Positions 13,345-24,834 of a stretch of DNA of 64,000 nucleotides are shown here, piece after piece. Both the position numbers and the translations under genes were made by a program. The stretch spans positions 134,912,001 to 134,976,000 of the forward strand of contig OX597815.1 of the NCBI GenBank assembly GCA_951406725.2. Direction: 5' to 3'. The first letter of the stretch is position 1; every line of letters starts with the position of its first letter. Source of the stretch: Octopus vulgaris. Lineage: Eukaryota. Under the pieces are notes generated by a model. It was not told the origin of the DNA. It ran no database searches and saw only the letters and a list, made by a program, of their open reading frames with translations.

Positions 13345-14392
13345 TTGGTCTCAATTGTTATATTTTATCAGAACAATATTCTCCTCCTTATTGAAAACAT
13401 AATCCCATTTTTTTGGCAAATTGTTGACACCCCGGGCATAAAATTCTTGAAGTTTCGAAGCAAAGAAACACTCAAAATAATTGTAATCTCTTCACAATTA
13501 TTGAATTGTTTCCCTCTACATAATGTTACGATGATCTGAATGTAGCAGAGCTTCCATATTTAGTGTCACAGTCTTTTTCTTGAGTGGCTTGGATGATATA
13601 TGGTTTTTCATTCTCGTGTAAGATTGTTAGGCGCTTTTCTGTAGATTTTTGTACAATGCTTCAATATACTTCTCTGCATCAACTATTTCATTTTCGTTTA
13701 ACACTTCGTGACAGTCATATCCCACTGAACACACAGCGTAACTTTCTTCGGATGTTGTCCCGTTGGGGGATAGATTTTCTTTTTCTCCTTGGGTGCCAAC
13801 CATTGTCGTTTCCATTGGATATAATTATAGAAGACCAACTTTTATCACATGTGATGAAAGAAAGGTTCGGCAGCAAGTATACCCGTCAATGACTAGCAGA
13901 GGGTAACTTTTTGATTAAACTGAGAAGCAGTCTGACCAAGTTTAGGCATTTTTCCTTGTTCGTGAAGGTGTTTTATGATCGATGTATATCTTGGATTCAA
14001 CTGTTTTGATAATCCTCATGCTTTAGATTTTCCTGAACTATAGTTTTTCAAAAGCTCAATATTGACTGAGTTAGGTCATCTAAATCGAAGGGAATCTACG
14101 ATGAAAAATTACCCAAGTGGAACACTGACCAAAACATCGTTGGCCATGTCAGGGTACTGTAAACTTAATTTTCATAGTACAAATCTTTTTACCGCTTCCA
14201 TTGCTGAAGAGCCCCTTTTAAATTCGTACAGTATGCAGTGTCTGATTCAGGTCTAATCTAAACTCATTTTAAAAGGGTAAAGTAATTTGTAAAGAAAAAA
14301 ATGAAGAATGTAAAAATTATTGCTTATTTTAACACAAGTACTGAAAAAATACAAAATTATCCTGTCAAAAATGCAACACTACTTTCACACAC
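13345..14392 (-). mobile_element. Highly degenerate mariner transposon
   Basis: Minus-strand translation shows IRHCILYEF (N-terminal HTH motif) near 14220-14248 and a KWDYVFNKEENIV C-terminus near 13370-13410. Confidence 0.7.
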
Positions 14393-14435
<43 letters not shown>

Positions 14436-15097
14436 GGGAGAGATACAGAGATGCGCACATACACTCACTATCTCATGTTCATTGTAACATGTAGTCCATA
14501 TAACACTGAATCTCTCCCTCTTTCCTACACTATACCTAAACTTTTTCTCTGCCACATCACAAAATTTTCCGGAACAAGGGATCTTTCTTACTACTGTTAG
14601 AATTCTGTTAATCATCATACCCTCTCCTTTCCTCTGTTACTTATCATCGACCTACATCACTCTTCCACGATCAACTATCTCTGAATATCTTGCAATCACT
14701 CACCCAATTACCACCAAACTGGTTGTTGCTACCACTGTCTCTCTTGAACCAACTCCTGTTCTACTATATATCTCTCTACTTCCGCACTATTTTCTCTCTT
14801 CCATCATCCTAACACATCATTAATTTTACTCCTGCATCACACTTTCATTTTTCTCACCATTTTACCCTAAATTCATCTTTTGTAATCACTCTCATTTCTA
14901 TTCTCCTTTTTAAAATGGTGAGGGCTCCTTTGGTGCAATAATGAAATGCACACCGCATACTTTGTCAAGAGGTTCGTGTTAAAAAGTTTAATTTCATAGA
15001 ACGCATACCAAATTTAAGACTATATTTGATATGCTATCAAATGGAGAAGTAACTTGAAAAAGATCTGACTAAACCCAAGACAACTCCTCTAAACCAT

Positions 15098-15130
<33 letters not shown>

Positions 15131-15552
15131 TTTATGCTATCATCATCATCTAACCGATTTACGACTGTTACATTTAAGTTCAGAGCTCAATTTAGATCAT
15201 CCTCTGCTTCCAATCTTCTTCCAGTGTAGTGGTTAAGCAACTTCTATACTTACGAGCATTACTAGCTGAGATATATAGACCAAACGTAGGAGAAATTACG
15301 ATAAACGCAAGTTTATATCATTTGTTCCAACGTTCGTGTCACCATTGTGGTTTTGGAATTCTGCACTGAATGTTGCAATTAGATGCTTAATCTCAACGGA
15401 TCATCAGGTAAACATTTTATTGCATTATGCTACAGAGAATTAATTTTCATTTTCTTACTCTGTTAAAATATTTAAGAAAAGTTTTATTAATGTATCTTAC
15501 CTGTTGAAATTCCATAATTTTTTTGTGCAAATTCAACTGAATCTTAATTATT

Positions 15553-15618
<66 letters not shown>

Positions 15619-15739
15619 TGTATGGGTCAATGTGTGTCATGCATATGTTTGTGTGGATATGTGTGCGAGTATATACGTACCTGTATATATGTGTGTACAA
15701 GTATGTATTTGTACACACACACACACAAACATAAGATAA

Positions 15740-16577
15740 ACAAATTTTTTTTTAAAACTAAAATATACCCTCCTTCATTTTCTATAATGCTCTTCCATCT
15801 ATCTGGTAGACTTGCAAGGCTCCTCTTCCAAAAGTTCACTTGTCCGTGACGAAAAATACTCCTCTGGTACTGTTCTGACTTCGTTTACAGAATTCATATT
15901 TTTTCTGTCCAAATGATTTAGAAGACAGCGAAATAAATGATAATCAGATGGACAATGTCCGGCGAATATGGTGATTGGAGCATCGTTTTCCTTTCAGACT
16001 GTTCCAGCCTTTGGAATGTCATCCTCGCTGTATATGGCCGAGTTTTATCCTTGTGGAAGAACACCTTTCGTCTTGAAGCCAAAGATGGTCGTTTTCCTTC
16101 TAGCACTGACTTGAATGACTGGTTGAATTACCAAATCCTAGTTTCTCTGCTAGATCCTCAGCGGTTACAATGAGATTTTGTTCCATTAGGGATTGCCGAA
16201 CGTCCTCCTCGAGCTCTACAAATCTTGCAGAACGAGGCTCGTCTTCTAGGCTGTAGTTTCCGGCTCGGAATTTCTGGAGCCACCGTTGACACTGGGTTAC
16301 GCTTATTGTCCGACCCCCATATACTGCATTAATATCCCTCGCACTTCCCGTTACGTTATTGCCTTTATTGAACTCATAAAGCAAAATGTGTCGAATATGC
16401 TCGTTTGTCACTTCCATTAAATCTTTGAAAAAATAACTGTTAAAATCGAGCTGCACTCTTCAAAACTTGCACTAAGAACAAAGTAAAATTACTACTTGCT
16501 TTTATGGCAAGTTGATGCAGGTAGTTTATCCCGTCCTCCCCCGAGTTCAATTGAAAAATCCGCATTATGGGATGACT

Positions 16578-16582
<5 letters not shown>
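15740..16582 (-). mobile_element. Internally deleted mariner transposon
   Basis: MEVTNEHIRHILLYEFNKGNN...QCQRWLQKFRAGNYSLEDEPRS is joined directly to KRPSLASRRKVFFHKDKTRPY...PYSPDIV and LPDRWKSIIENEGGYI. TIR-like GCATTATGGGATGACTCAATA at 16562-16582. Confidence 0.9.
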
Positions 16583-16620
<38 letters not shown>

Positions 16621-18028
16621 CATATGAATATAGAGATATTGAATATATGTGTGACTGCGTGTATGTATATATGTGTGTCACTGTGTATATGTATGTGAAT
16701 ATGTAAATATGTGAATATTGAATATGTGTGTGTATGTATATATGCGTATGACTGTATATGTATGTGAATATATAGATATTGAATATGTGTGTGTGCCTGT
16801 ATATATGTGTGTAACTGTGTATATGTTTGTGAATATATAGATATTGAATATATATGTGCGTATGTATACATGTGTATGTATATGAAGTTGGGACAAGATC
16901 TCTTCTGTGTTTATTCTATTTTTAGTATACGCCCACACAAAAGCATACATGTATTTTCAATATATATATATAAATTCTAAAAACAAGTGTTAAGGATTTA
17001 TATCGCCTTTTTAAAGATATTATTGCAACTCTATTGTCTAAACAAATTTATTAATGATACTTTAATGCATTTTTTCATATCTCCTCGGCTTCTTTCACAA
17101 AGAATGTATTTGCTATTCCCTATCTGATCAGTTATAAACACGACTTTATTACAAATACAGTGATGAGGAGTGTAGATAGAATTTTCAAAGAAAAGCACAA
17201 AAGGAAAAACAAATTGTAAACACTGATGGAAGATAATGTTTGTAATTCCTAATTCAATTAAGCAAAACATTGTTTTTGTTTTGTTTTACGCAGAGATTCA
17301 TTCCCACATAAAGCATTTCAAACACATCTAACGCAACCAAAATCAGAAAAACAGAGTTGTATGCGTGTATGTATGTGAGCGTACATGTATGCATATATAT
17401 GTGCATATATATGTATTAGTGTTCGTGTATTATGTGTGCGCGCGTGTGTATTTTTTTAGAAGGTGGTTTGTATTCTGTACATTTTACCTAATGTGGATAT
17501 ACTGTAGAGAGCCTCAAAACTGCGTTATTCGTTTAGAGAACGGATCTCGTCTAGCCGTAGGGCTAAAAGGCACAGAATAATGAGTGGAAGCCGAATACTG
17601 CGCAGCAACATTGGCGGATTGGCTAAATCTAGATTTTTGATCCTTTGAATGTCATCAGTAGTAAGCATCCACTAGCAACCGTATGCTTAGACAAATTTAA
17701 CTCCTATTGATAAACAGTGATTAACAAATCACTGGCATCGCAAATGATTTGCAAACTGAGTAAAAATTTGCTTTTAGCGACGGAAGCAGAGTTAGTTCAA
17801 AATAGAGTTCTGTGTGTTTTACTGAACGTGGATATACTGTGGAAAGATTATTGTTTAAACATGGATGACGGTCAAAGAAGTAGAAATTTCGATTGAGCAG
17901 ATGCATCGCTGCTGCTGAATGCTTTTCGACCGCTACTGATATCCTATACGAGATGCTTTCTCTAAACGAATAGAGCAATTTTTTAGGCTTTCTACAGCAT
18001 GTCCACGGTAAATAAGATGTACAGACTA

Positions 18029-18059
<31 letters not shown>

Positions 18060-18149
18060 TGTAACTACACACATGCTGTTGGCGATTTCTTTTCTTTCTT
18101 TGGATTCTTCCCTTTCTTCTTTCCGACAAAGAGCTATGCTCGAAAAGTA

Positions 18150-18344
18150 AAACCTCAGGGGTAGTCGTTTTGAAGAAACTGAGTAGATCAAAAAAGTTGT
18201 CACAAAGATTCTGGACAACTTCACTTTGGAGGACTTCCATGGGGCCTTGTGCATTGAAGTCAAAAAAGAAGATTAGAGTTTGTACTTCTTTGAAATTAAT
18301 AAATGTCTCTCCTGAAGAGTCTCAAAACTTTTGGAATGTACCTT

Positions 18345-18345
<1 letters not shown>
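18150..18345 (+). mobile_element. Mariner 3' fragment with TIR
   Basis: LRGSRFEETE*IKKVVTKILDNFTLEDFHGAL resembles a mariner C-terminus, followed by a GTCTCAAAACTTTTGGAATGTACCTTGT terminal sequence. Confidence 0.6.
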
Positions 18346-18385
<40 letters not shown>

Positions 18386-18497
18386 TCCTCGTGAATGAAT
18401 GAAAGCGTAAAATAAAGTATTATCCAAAATTCTGACTTCCTCCCTTTTCTTAATATATAATATCTGTACATCATTTCAAACACACACACACACACAC

Positions 18498-18575
<78 letters not shown>

Positions 18576-18619
18576 TAATATCTGGCGTGCAGTTCGACAA
18601 ATTATATTTTATGACGAAT

Positions 18620-18692
18620 CTCACTGAGGGTCTGTAGATTAATTGTGTAAGTAAAATTGCATAATTTATTAACAGTGAAACAATTGTATGGG
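18620..18692 (+). ncRNA. Type I hammerhead ribozyme motif, core-mutated copy (CUGAGGG)
   Basis: CTCA-CTGAGGG-stem II-GAAAC-AATT-GTA-TGGG; the conserved A9 is replaced by G. Confidence 0.55.
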
Positions 18693-19152
18693 GTTAATCT
18701 ATATTTTTGTTATTTTTCAATTGTCCTGCTCGCTTATGTTCATAGTGTGCTGAATTTTTCTTGAGAACAATTCTTAGTGGTTGAGTCCCTTGCGGATCTA
18801 TCTTTAGCGTAAGAGCGTCCACATAGTGGATTCTCTCTTATATTTGTGTATTAATAATATTTACTGAATCTCAGTTTTTCATGCGCTAAACTACTGGTGT
18901 TAAATTGATGTTATTAAATTAATATCCAATTTTTTCACCCTCATTTTGATTTTAATTCTAAATTAATATGTTCTCAAACCGGTGTTAACTACTGCAGTGA
19001 ATTATTTATGCAGTATTTATTTCCGGGAATTTGGCGCGCTAGAACGAGGGCATTTGAATATAACTGCGAATATAATAGGCCGAACTACTCGTATTTTTGA
19101 CCTCGTGTTAATATCTGGCGTGCAGTTCGACAAATTATATTTTATGACGAAT

Positions 19153-19225
19153 CTCACTGAGGATCTGTAGATTAATTGTGTAAGTAACATTGCATAATTT
19201 ATTAACAGTGAAACAATTGTATGGG
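19153..19225 (+). ncRNA. Type I hammerhead ribozyme motif
   Basis: Stem I CTCA/TGGG; core CTGAGGA (19157-19163); stem II CTGT/ACAG enclosing ATTGTGTAA/TTGCATAAT, with a U-U at the first stem II pair; GAAAC (19210-19214); stem III AC-AATT-GT; GUA cleavage triplet (19219-19221). Confidence 0.7.
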
Positions 19226-19377
19226 GTTACTCTATATTTTTGCTATTTTTCATTTGTCCTGCTCGCTTACGTTCATAGTGTGCTGAATGTTTCTTGAGAA
19301 CAATTCTTAGTGGTTGAGACCCTTGCGGATCTATCTTTAGCGTAAGAGCGTCCCCATAGTGGATTCTCTCTCAAATT

Positions 19378-19432
<55 letters not shown>

Positions 19433-19974
19433 ATAATGTGATGATTCCTTCACTTTGACAAGCAATCATCACTTTATATACATAACTCACACACCATACC
19501 CCCATCACACAACACAATCCCTCTATTGTGAGCCCGCAGATGACTTTTAAGACCAGCTGCTGACTGACTGGTTTTAAAACACAAGAGAAAGATATTCAAA
19601 TTCCTTCTGCATCTTGCCCTTTGGAATCTGATTCTGAAGGAATGCTTTTGTGAACTAGCGTATATCTTTCAAGTCCAGATATTGTCTTACAAGTTTTGTG
19701 ATATATGACACAAGTTGTAAGAGGTGGTTGGTGGTTGGTATTACCTGCCTGGACATTTCGATTTTCAAGTGGCTTCATATGGTTCCTGCATACTGCTTTT
19801 GACAACAGAACACGATAGCATGCAATACATATCCGATGTTCACTGTTGATTTCAGTTCCAACTATTCCTTTCTTTAAAACTTAGAACAATGAATCTTCTT
19901 TGCCTCCCAGGTGTTGCAACCAAATACTAACAATACCTCTCTACTTGTTCCAATCCAAAGCATCAGCTTCCAGT

Positions 19975-21020
19975 CACACACATAAACATAACTACCTCCT
20001 CCTCCCACCATAAACACACCAAGCTCTCCATCCCCTATTCCAAATTCCTCCGTCTAGGCATGCTCTGCAGTGACAACCATGACTTTGAGACTCACTCTCT
20101 ACTATGGCTCGCCTCTTCATCCTACGTGGATATCCCCTCACCACTATCTACACCACCCTTGCCAGAGCATGTTCCGTGGACCATGCACCTGCTCTCTCCC
20201 CCGCAGCCGCCCCGCTATCACCCGTCTTCCGTTTCTCCTCACCTACCACCCCACCACCATACCTCACCAACGCACTATTCTCCGAGCCTTCTGGCGACTC
20301 CAGTCCGATCCCTCCACTTCACACATCTTCCCTAACCGACCCCTACCCTCCTTCAAACGAGCCCACAACCTACGAGACCTCTTGGTCCACAGCTTCTTCC
20401 CTAACCCAACCTCCCAACCCGGCTCGTTCCCCTGCTCCCGCCCACACTGCCGCACTTGGCCTTACTTCTCCAACACCACCTTCCTCACAGGAACCCATCA
20501 TCGACTCTATCATTTCACTGACTCCTTCACCTGCACATCTAGCAACGTCATCTACTGCATCTCCTGCTCTCTTTGCCCTTCTCTATACATCGGTCAAACG
20601 GGACGCTGCTTGGCTGACCGGTTCGCGGAACAACTCCGAGGCATCCGCTTCGGCAATGACACCTCGGTCTCGCGCCATTTCTACTCTACCGGTCACTCTT
20701 TACAATACCTGTCTGTGTTCGGATTGTCCTTGCACATGGGTCATCCCGACTCCTGTCTTCGCCGTGAGCACGGTTTAATCTTCTCTCTTCACTACTTTGC
20801 GCCACATTGGCTCAACACTCCTCCCCTCTTCATCCAACCCTCCTCCTCTCTCCCTCTCACACCTACTTCTTCCCACCCATCTCTCCTCTCTTGCTCTGGC
20901 ACCTACTTCCTCTCTTCACTTCTACCCACCTTCTCCCTTCATTGTCACCCTCTCCCTTGTTATCCCACCCCTACACATTCCATCCCTCTACATCATCCCT
21001 ATACATCCCACCCACTCCTG
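19975..21020 (+). mobile_element. Penelope-like element (Neptune-type), RT thumb plus Zn-finger/GIY-YIG endonuclease, 5'-truncated pseudogene
   Basis: Motifs SIPYS.FLRL, FILRGYP, PFLLTYHP, FKRAHNLRDLLVHS, FPCSRPHCRT, FTCTSSNVIYCISCSLCPSLYIGQTGRCLADRFAE and VSRHFYSTGHS, followed by a pyrimidine-rich 3' UTR. Confidence 0.93.
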
Positions 21021-21190
21021 TTAAGGATTCTGGATGAGCCTACCTCATGGCAGGAAACACAGATGAGGGCAGCCGCATCAAACTCCTTCATTCACCAAAT
21101 GCCACTTATCAGAGGAGGTTTCAAAGAGCAAAGGGGTAGCAAAGTCAACAACAATGCCCCAGCATGGTTGCAACCCTTCAGCTGAAATTA
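21020..21190 (+). mobile_element. CR1-group LINE 3' terminal fragment
   Basis: [23 protein letters not shown] matches 37216-37480 and 37913-38212. Confidence 0.8.
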
Positions 21191-21245
21191 GTTAAAGAGT
21201 ATAAGCGTATGTGTGTGTGTGCATGTGCGTGCATATATACATATG

Positions 21246-21283
<38 letters not shown>

Positions 21284-21544
21284 CATACATACACACATTT
21301 GTATGCATGTATTTGTATATAAATTTTTGCAGGTATATGCATATAATTGTTTGCATATATATATATATATATAAATATATACTCTCATAAAAGTCTGCAT
21401 GGAGGGCAGCTTTTAAGCTAACTCCTGCCCAAAACTAAAGAGGGAACTAATAATAACGCATTTATTGGTACCCTACCATCTCAGATTTATATCACAAAGT
21501 ATGACATTTGGAGAATTTTGTATCACAGTGACATTAGGAGATAA

Positions 21545-21901
21545 CTGTAAAGCAGGGAAATAAAGAACATTCTTGGTTTTACTATTTTGTGTGAGTATGA
21601 AAAGATTGTTGCCATTTCCAACTCTGGAACAACCAACATAGAACTGATGGGAAAAGCACAGCTGCATGAGGTGAAGTCAAACAATTTTCAGTGATTGTCC
21701 TTGACTCTTGTAAATTACTGGAAACTGAAGTCTCTTAAATTCAAAGGGCACATCTGCTGGAATCAGTGAAATTCTTGAAATAAACACATTTTCTCCCTTT
21801 CCTTGTCTAGTGAGGATTGTTGCTTCCAAAAGATGTGGTTGCATTTGCCTGACAATTAGTCTTGTACTATTACACAGCTTTGGAGGATCCAAATTTTTCA
21901 T
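21545..21901 (-). mobile_element. Helitron PIF1-like helicase C-terminal fragment (pseudogene)
   Basis: NLDPPKLCNSTRLIV, GENVFISRISLIPADVPFEFKRLQFPV, KSQGQSL, CFSHQFYVGCSRV and KTKNVLY are hallmark Helitron RepHel helicase motifs. Confidence 0.92.
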
Positions 21902-22230
21902 GAACTGAACTGAAAATATTTCTCAAATTAACAATGTTTTGGTATTACTTTAAATTCATTTTAAATGGAAAACTTGTAAGTTCACAAATTTTTGGAGTTC
22001 TTTTAAGATCTGAATTTTCAACTACTAACATATAACAAATCCTCATCCAAATCTGATCCCAATGCTAGATGTTCAAGAAACAAATGAAGAGCAGGTTTTC
22101 AATCCTGGGCTCAACCTGATTCCAAAAAGGTATAATATTTCTATGTAGAGTGAATGTAGACTGAGATACTAGGGTCCTGGATGGATGGACAAACAGAATT
22201 TCACATTTATTATCATACATATATATATAT

Positions 22231-22765
22231 CATCATCATAGTTTAACATCCACTTTCCATGCTAGCATGGGTTGGATGATTTGACTGAGGGCTGGCGAAC
22301 CAGATGGCTGCACCAGGCTCCAATCTTGATCTGGCAGAGTTTCTACCAGAGTTTCTGCCCTTCCTGACACCAACCACTCCGAGAGTGTAGTTGGGTGCTT
22401 TTATGTGCCACCGGCATAGGGGCCAGTCAGGCGGTACTGGCAATGACCTCGCTCGAATCTTTTTACACATGCCACTGGCACAGATGCCAGTAAGTTGATG
22501 CTGGTAATGATCACACTTGAATGATGCCTTTTATGTGCCACTAGCTCAGAAGCCAGTTAGCCGCTCTGGCAACGATCATGCTCAGATGGTGCTCTTAGCA
22601 CCCTACTAGCACGGGGCACAAGTGCCAGTTAGGTGAAGCTGGTAACGCTCACACACGAATGGTGCCTTTTATGTGCCGCTGGCACAGAAGCCGGTTACTC
22701 ACACTGTCAACGATCTCACTTGTATGGTGCTCTTTGCACCCCGCTAGCACAGATGCCAGTCATAT
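22231..22765 (-). mobile_element. RTE LINE 3' UTR and tail with internal ~65-70-bp tandem subrepeats
   Basis: The rc tail ...AACCCATGCTAGCATGGAAAGTGGATGTTAAACTATGATGATG is present, and the body is shared with the 3' UTR of the RTE at 38780-39610. Confidence 0.75.
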
Positions 22766-22986
22766 ATATATGTATTTATATATATATATATATAATGTAT
22801 GTGCATATGTCTTTGTGTCTGTTTGTGCCTACCACCCACCTTGACAACTGGTGTTGATGTGTTTATGTTCTTGTAACATAGCAGTTCAGCAAAAGGGATT
22901 GACAAAATAAGTACCAGGCTTTAAAAAATAAGTACTGGGGTTGATTTATTCAACAAAAAATTCTTAAAGGCAGTGCCCCAGCAAGG

Positions 22987-23375
22987 CTGTGGTAAGAAGC
23001 TTACTTCCCAACCACATGGTTCTGGGTTTAGTCCCACTGCATGGCACCTTGGGCAAGTGCCTTCTACTTTAGCCTCGGGCTAGCCAAAGCCTTGAGAGTG
23101 GATTTGGTAGATGGAAACTGAAAGAAGCTTGTTGTATATATATATACACGTATGTATGTGTGTATATATATATATATATAGACGTATGTATGTGTGTATG
23201 TGCATATATATGTATGTATGTGTGTATGTATATATATATATATATATATATGTGCATGTATGTGTGTATGTATATATATATATATGTATGTATGTGTGTA
23301 TGTATATATGTATGTATGTGTGTATGTATATATGTATGTATGTGTGTATGTATATATGTATGTATGTGTGTATGC

Positions 23376-23407
<32 letters not shown>

Positions 23408-23944
23408 GTCACTTTCGAGTGCTACTGGTAACATGTAACCAAGAACAACCTATTGCATGGTCAGGTCATCGGTGACTAAACCGGCAACCCCACCAAGCTT
23501 GCTTTGGTGTTTATTGGACACCCTGTGGGATGAAAAACAAAACCTGTCAAAGCGTGGAGGAACTCTTGAGAGTCAATCGCCATCCAATAAATATCTTAAG
23601 GATGTATCATGTGCGGGGACATAGAAGTAATCTGACTGAATACCCGATTGCGCGGTTAAACCATTGGGAGTGAAGGACTCCTAGCCTTTGTTAGGGCATC
23701 CGTCTAGGAGAAGGTAACTCAGGTAACTGGGATAACTCCGACATAAAACCTGCGGCTCAGTGGTTACCGATGATGTTGACTTGTTCTTCTTTTCGAATTA
23801 TGGTTGTTGTTGCTTAGAGAGTGGGATTGACTCAGTGCACAGCCTTTCCTCACTTTAAAAAAAAATCTTCTTGCACAGGCATTGCATGACAACAACATTG
23901 ATTAATCTTCGTGCAATGGCCATACGCGATAACGAGGGGGCAGC

Positions 23945-24020
<76 letters not shown>

Positions 24021-24071
24021 CTGTGTGTGTGTGTGTATGTGTGTGTGTGTGTATATATGTGTGTGTGTGTG

Positions 24072-24138
<67 letters not shown>

Positions 24139-24219
24139 GTGTGTATATATATATATATGTGTGTATATATATATATATGTGTGTATATATATATATATGT
24201 GTGTATATATATATGTGTG

Positions 24220-24258
<39 letters not shown>

Positions 24259-24259
24259 C

Positions 24260-24308
<49 letters not shown>

Positions 24309-24540
24309 GTATTTATATATATTTATGTATTTGTTTGTATTTTCTCCTCCCCCACCATCAGTTGACAATCGATGTTGGTGTGTTTATTTCCCCATAACTT
24401 AATGATTCGGCAAAAGAGACTGATAGAATAAGTACTAGGCTTACAAAGAATAAGTCCTGAGATTGATTCATTCAACTTAAAGGCAGTTCTTCAGTATGGC
24501 CACAGTCAGATGACTGAAACAAGTAAAAGAATAAAAGAAT
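22987..24540 (+). mobile_element. SINE family A split by an expanded internal microsatellite and a nested insert
   Basis: 5' half at 22987-23135 and 3' half at ~24330-24540, separated by (TA)/(TG)/(TATG) arrays and the 23410-23950 insert. Confidence 0.7.
23410..23855 (+). mobile_element. Probable 5' UTR fragment of a non-LTR retrotransposon (RTE-like)
   Basis: GC-richer island with CTAGCCTTTGTTAGGGCATCCGTCTAGGAGAAGGTAACTC, resembling RTE 5' UTR motifs. No ORF. Confidence 0.45.
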
Positions 24541-24570
24541 ATATGAAATTTATATGTCTATTAATAATAA

Positions 24571-24834
24571 TTTATAAGCTTAAAGCTCACAACTGATCAT
24601 TGAGTATTGACTAAAGAAAATAGTCTAATATTGGGGCATATAAGCCTTTGAAGGAAAAAGTTGGTTTTCTGTATGTGTGGGTATGTTGGTGTAATGGTAG
24701 TACACTTGTCATGGAAACATACTGTGGGTTTGAATCCCACACATATGGAAAAATTTTTTCCACCGGGGCCTTAATATTAGACTATTTTCTATAGTCAATA
24801 CATGGTGATTGCTTAAAAGCTTTAAGCTCATAAA
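24571..24834. mobile_element. MITE-like element with ~67-bp terminal inverted repeats
   Basis: 24571-24637 (TTTATAAGCTTAAAGCT...GTATTGACTAAAGAAAATAGTCTAATATTGGGGC) matches the reverse complement of 24768-24834. Confidence 0.8.
24680..24748 (+). pseudogene. tRNA-like sequence inside the MITE
   Basis: A box TGGTGTAATGG, D-stem GTGT/ACAC, T-arm GTGGG-TTTGAAT-CCCAC and acceptor stem GTATGT/ACATAT. The anticodon arm is degenerate. Confidence 0.6.

Larger units (their letters stand above)
18572..19380 (+). mobile_element. Non-coding element with two ~276-bp direct repeats (533-bp period), each with a hammerhead motif: PLE pLTR tandem or retrozyme-like
   Basis: 18572-18847 and 19105-19380 are near-identical and the whole unit is flanked by (TA)n. 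Confidence 0.8.

Noticed and set aside
20070-21185. 371-aa ORF as a functional GIY-YIG host gene
   Set aside because: It is frameshifted relative to the upstream RT thumb, has substitutions at normally conserved Cys/His residues, and reads through a lost stop into UTR and a CR1 fragment.
22395-22765. CRISPR-like repeat/spacer array
   Set aside because: Eukaryotic context, no cas genes, units diverge along their whole length, and the sequence is shared with an RTE 3' UTR.
23415-23510. HDV-like ribozyme in the LINE 5' UTR-like island (ACC-loop-GGT, TCA/TGA, CTAA)
   Set aside because: P1 and P2 cannot be formed in the required nested double-pseudoknot order.
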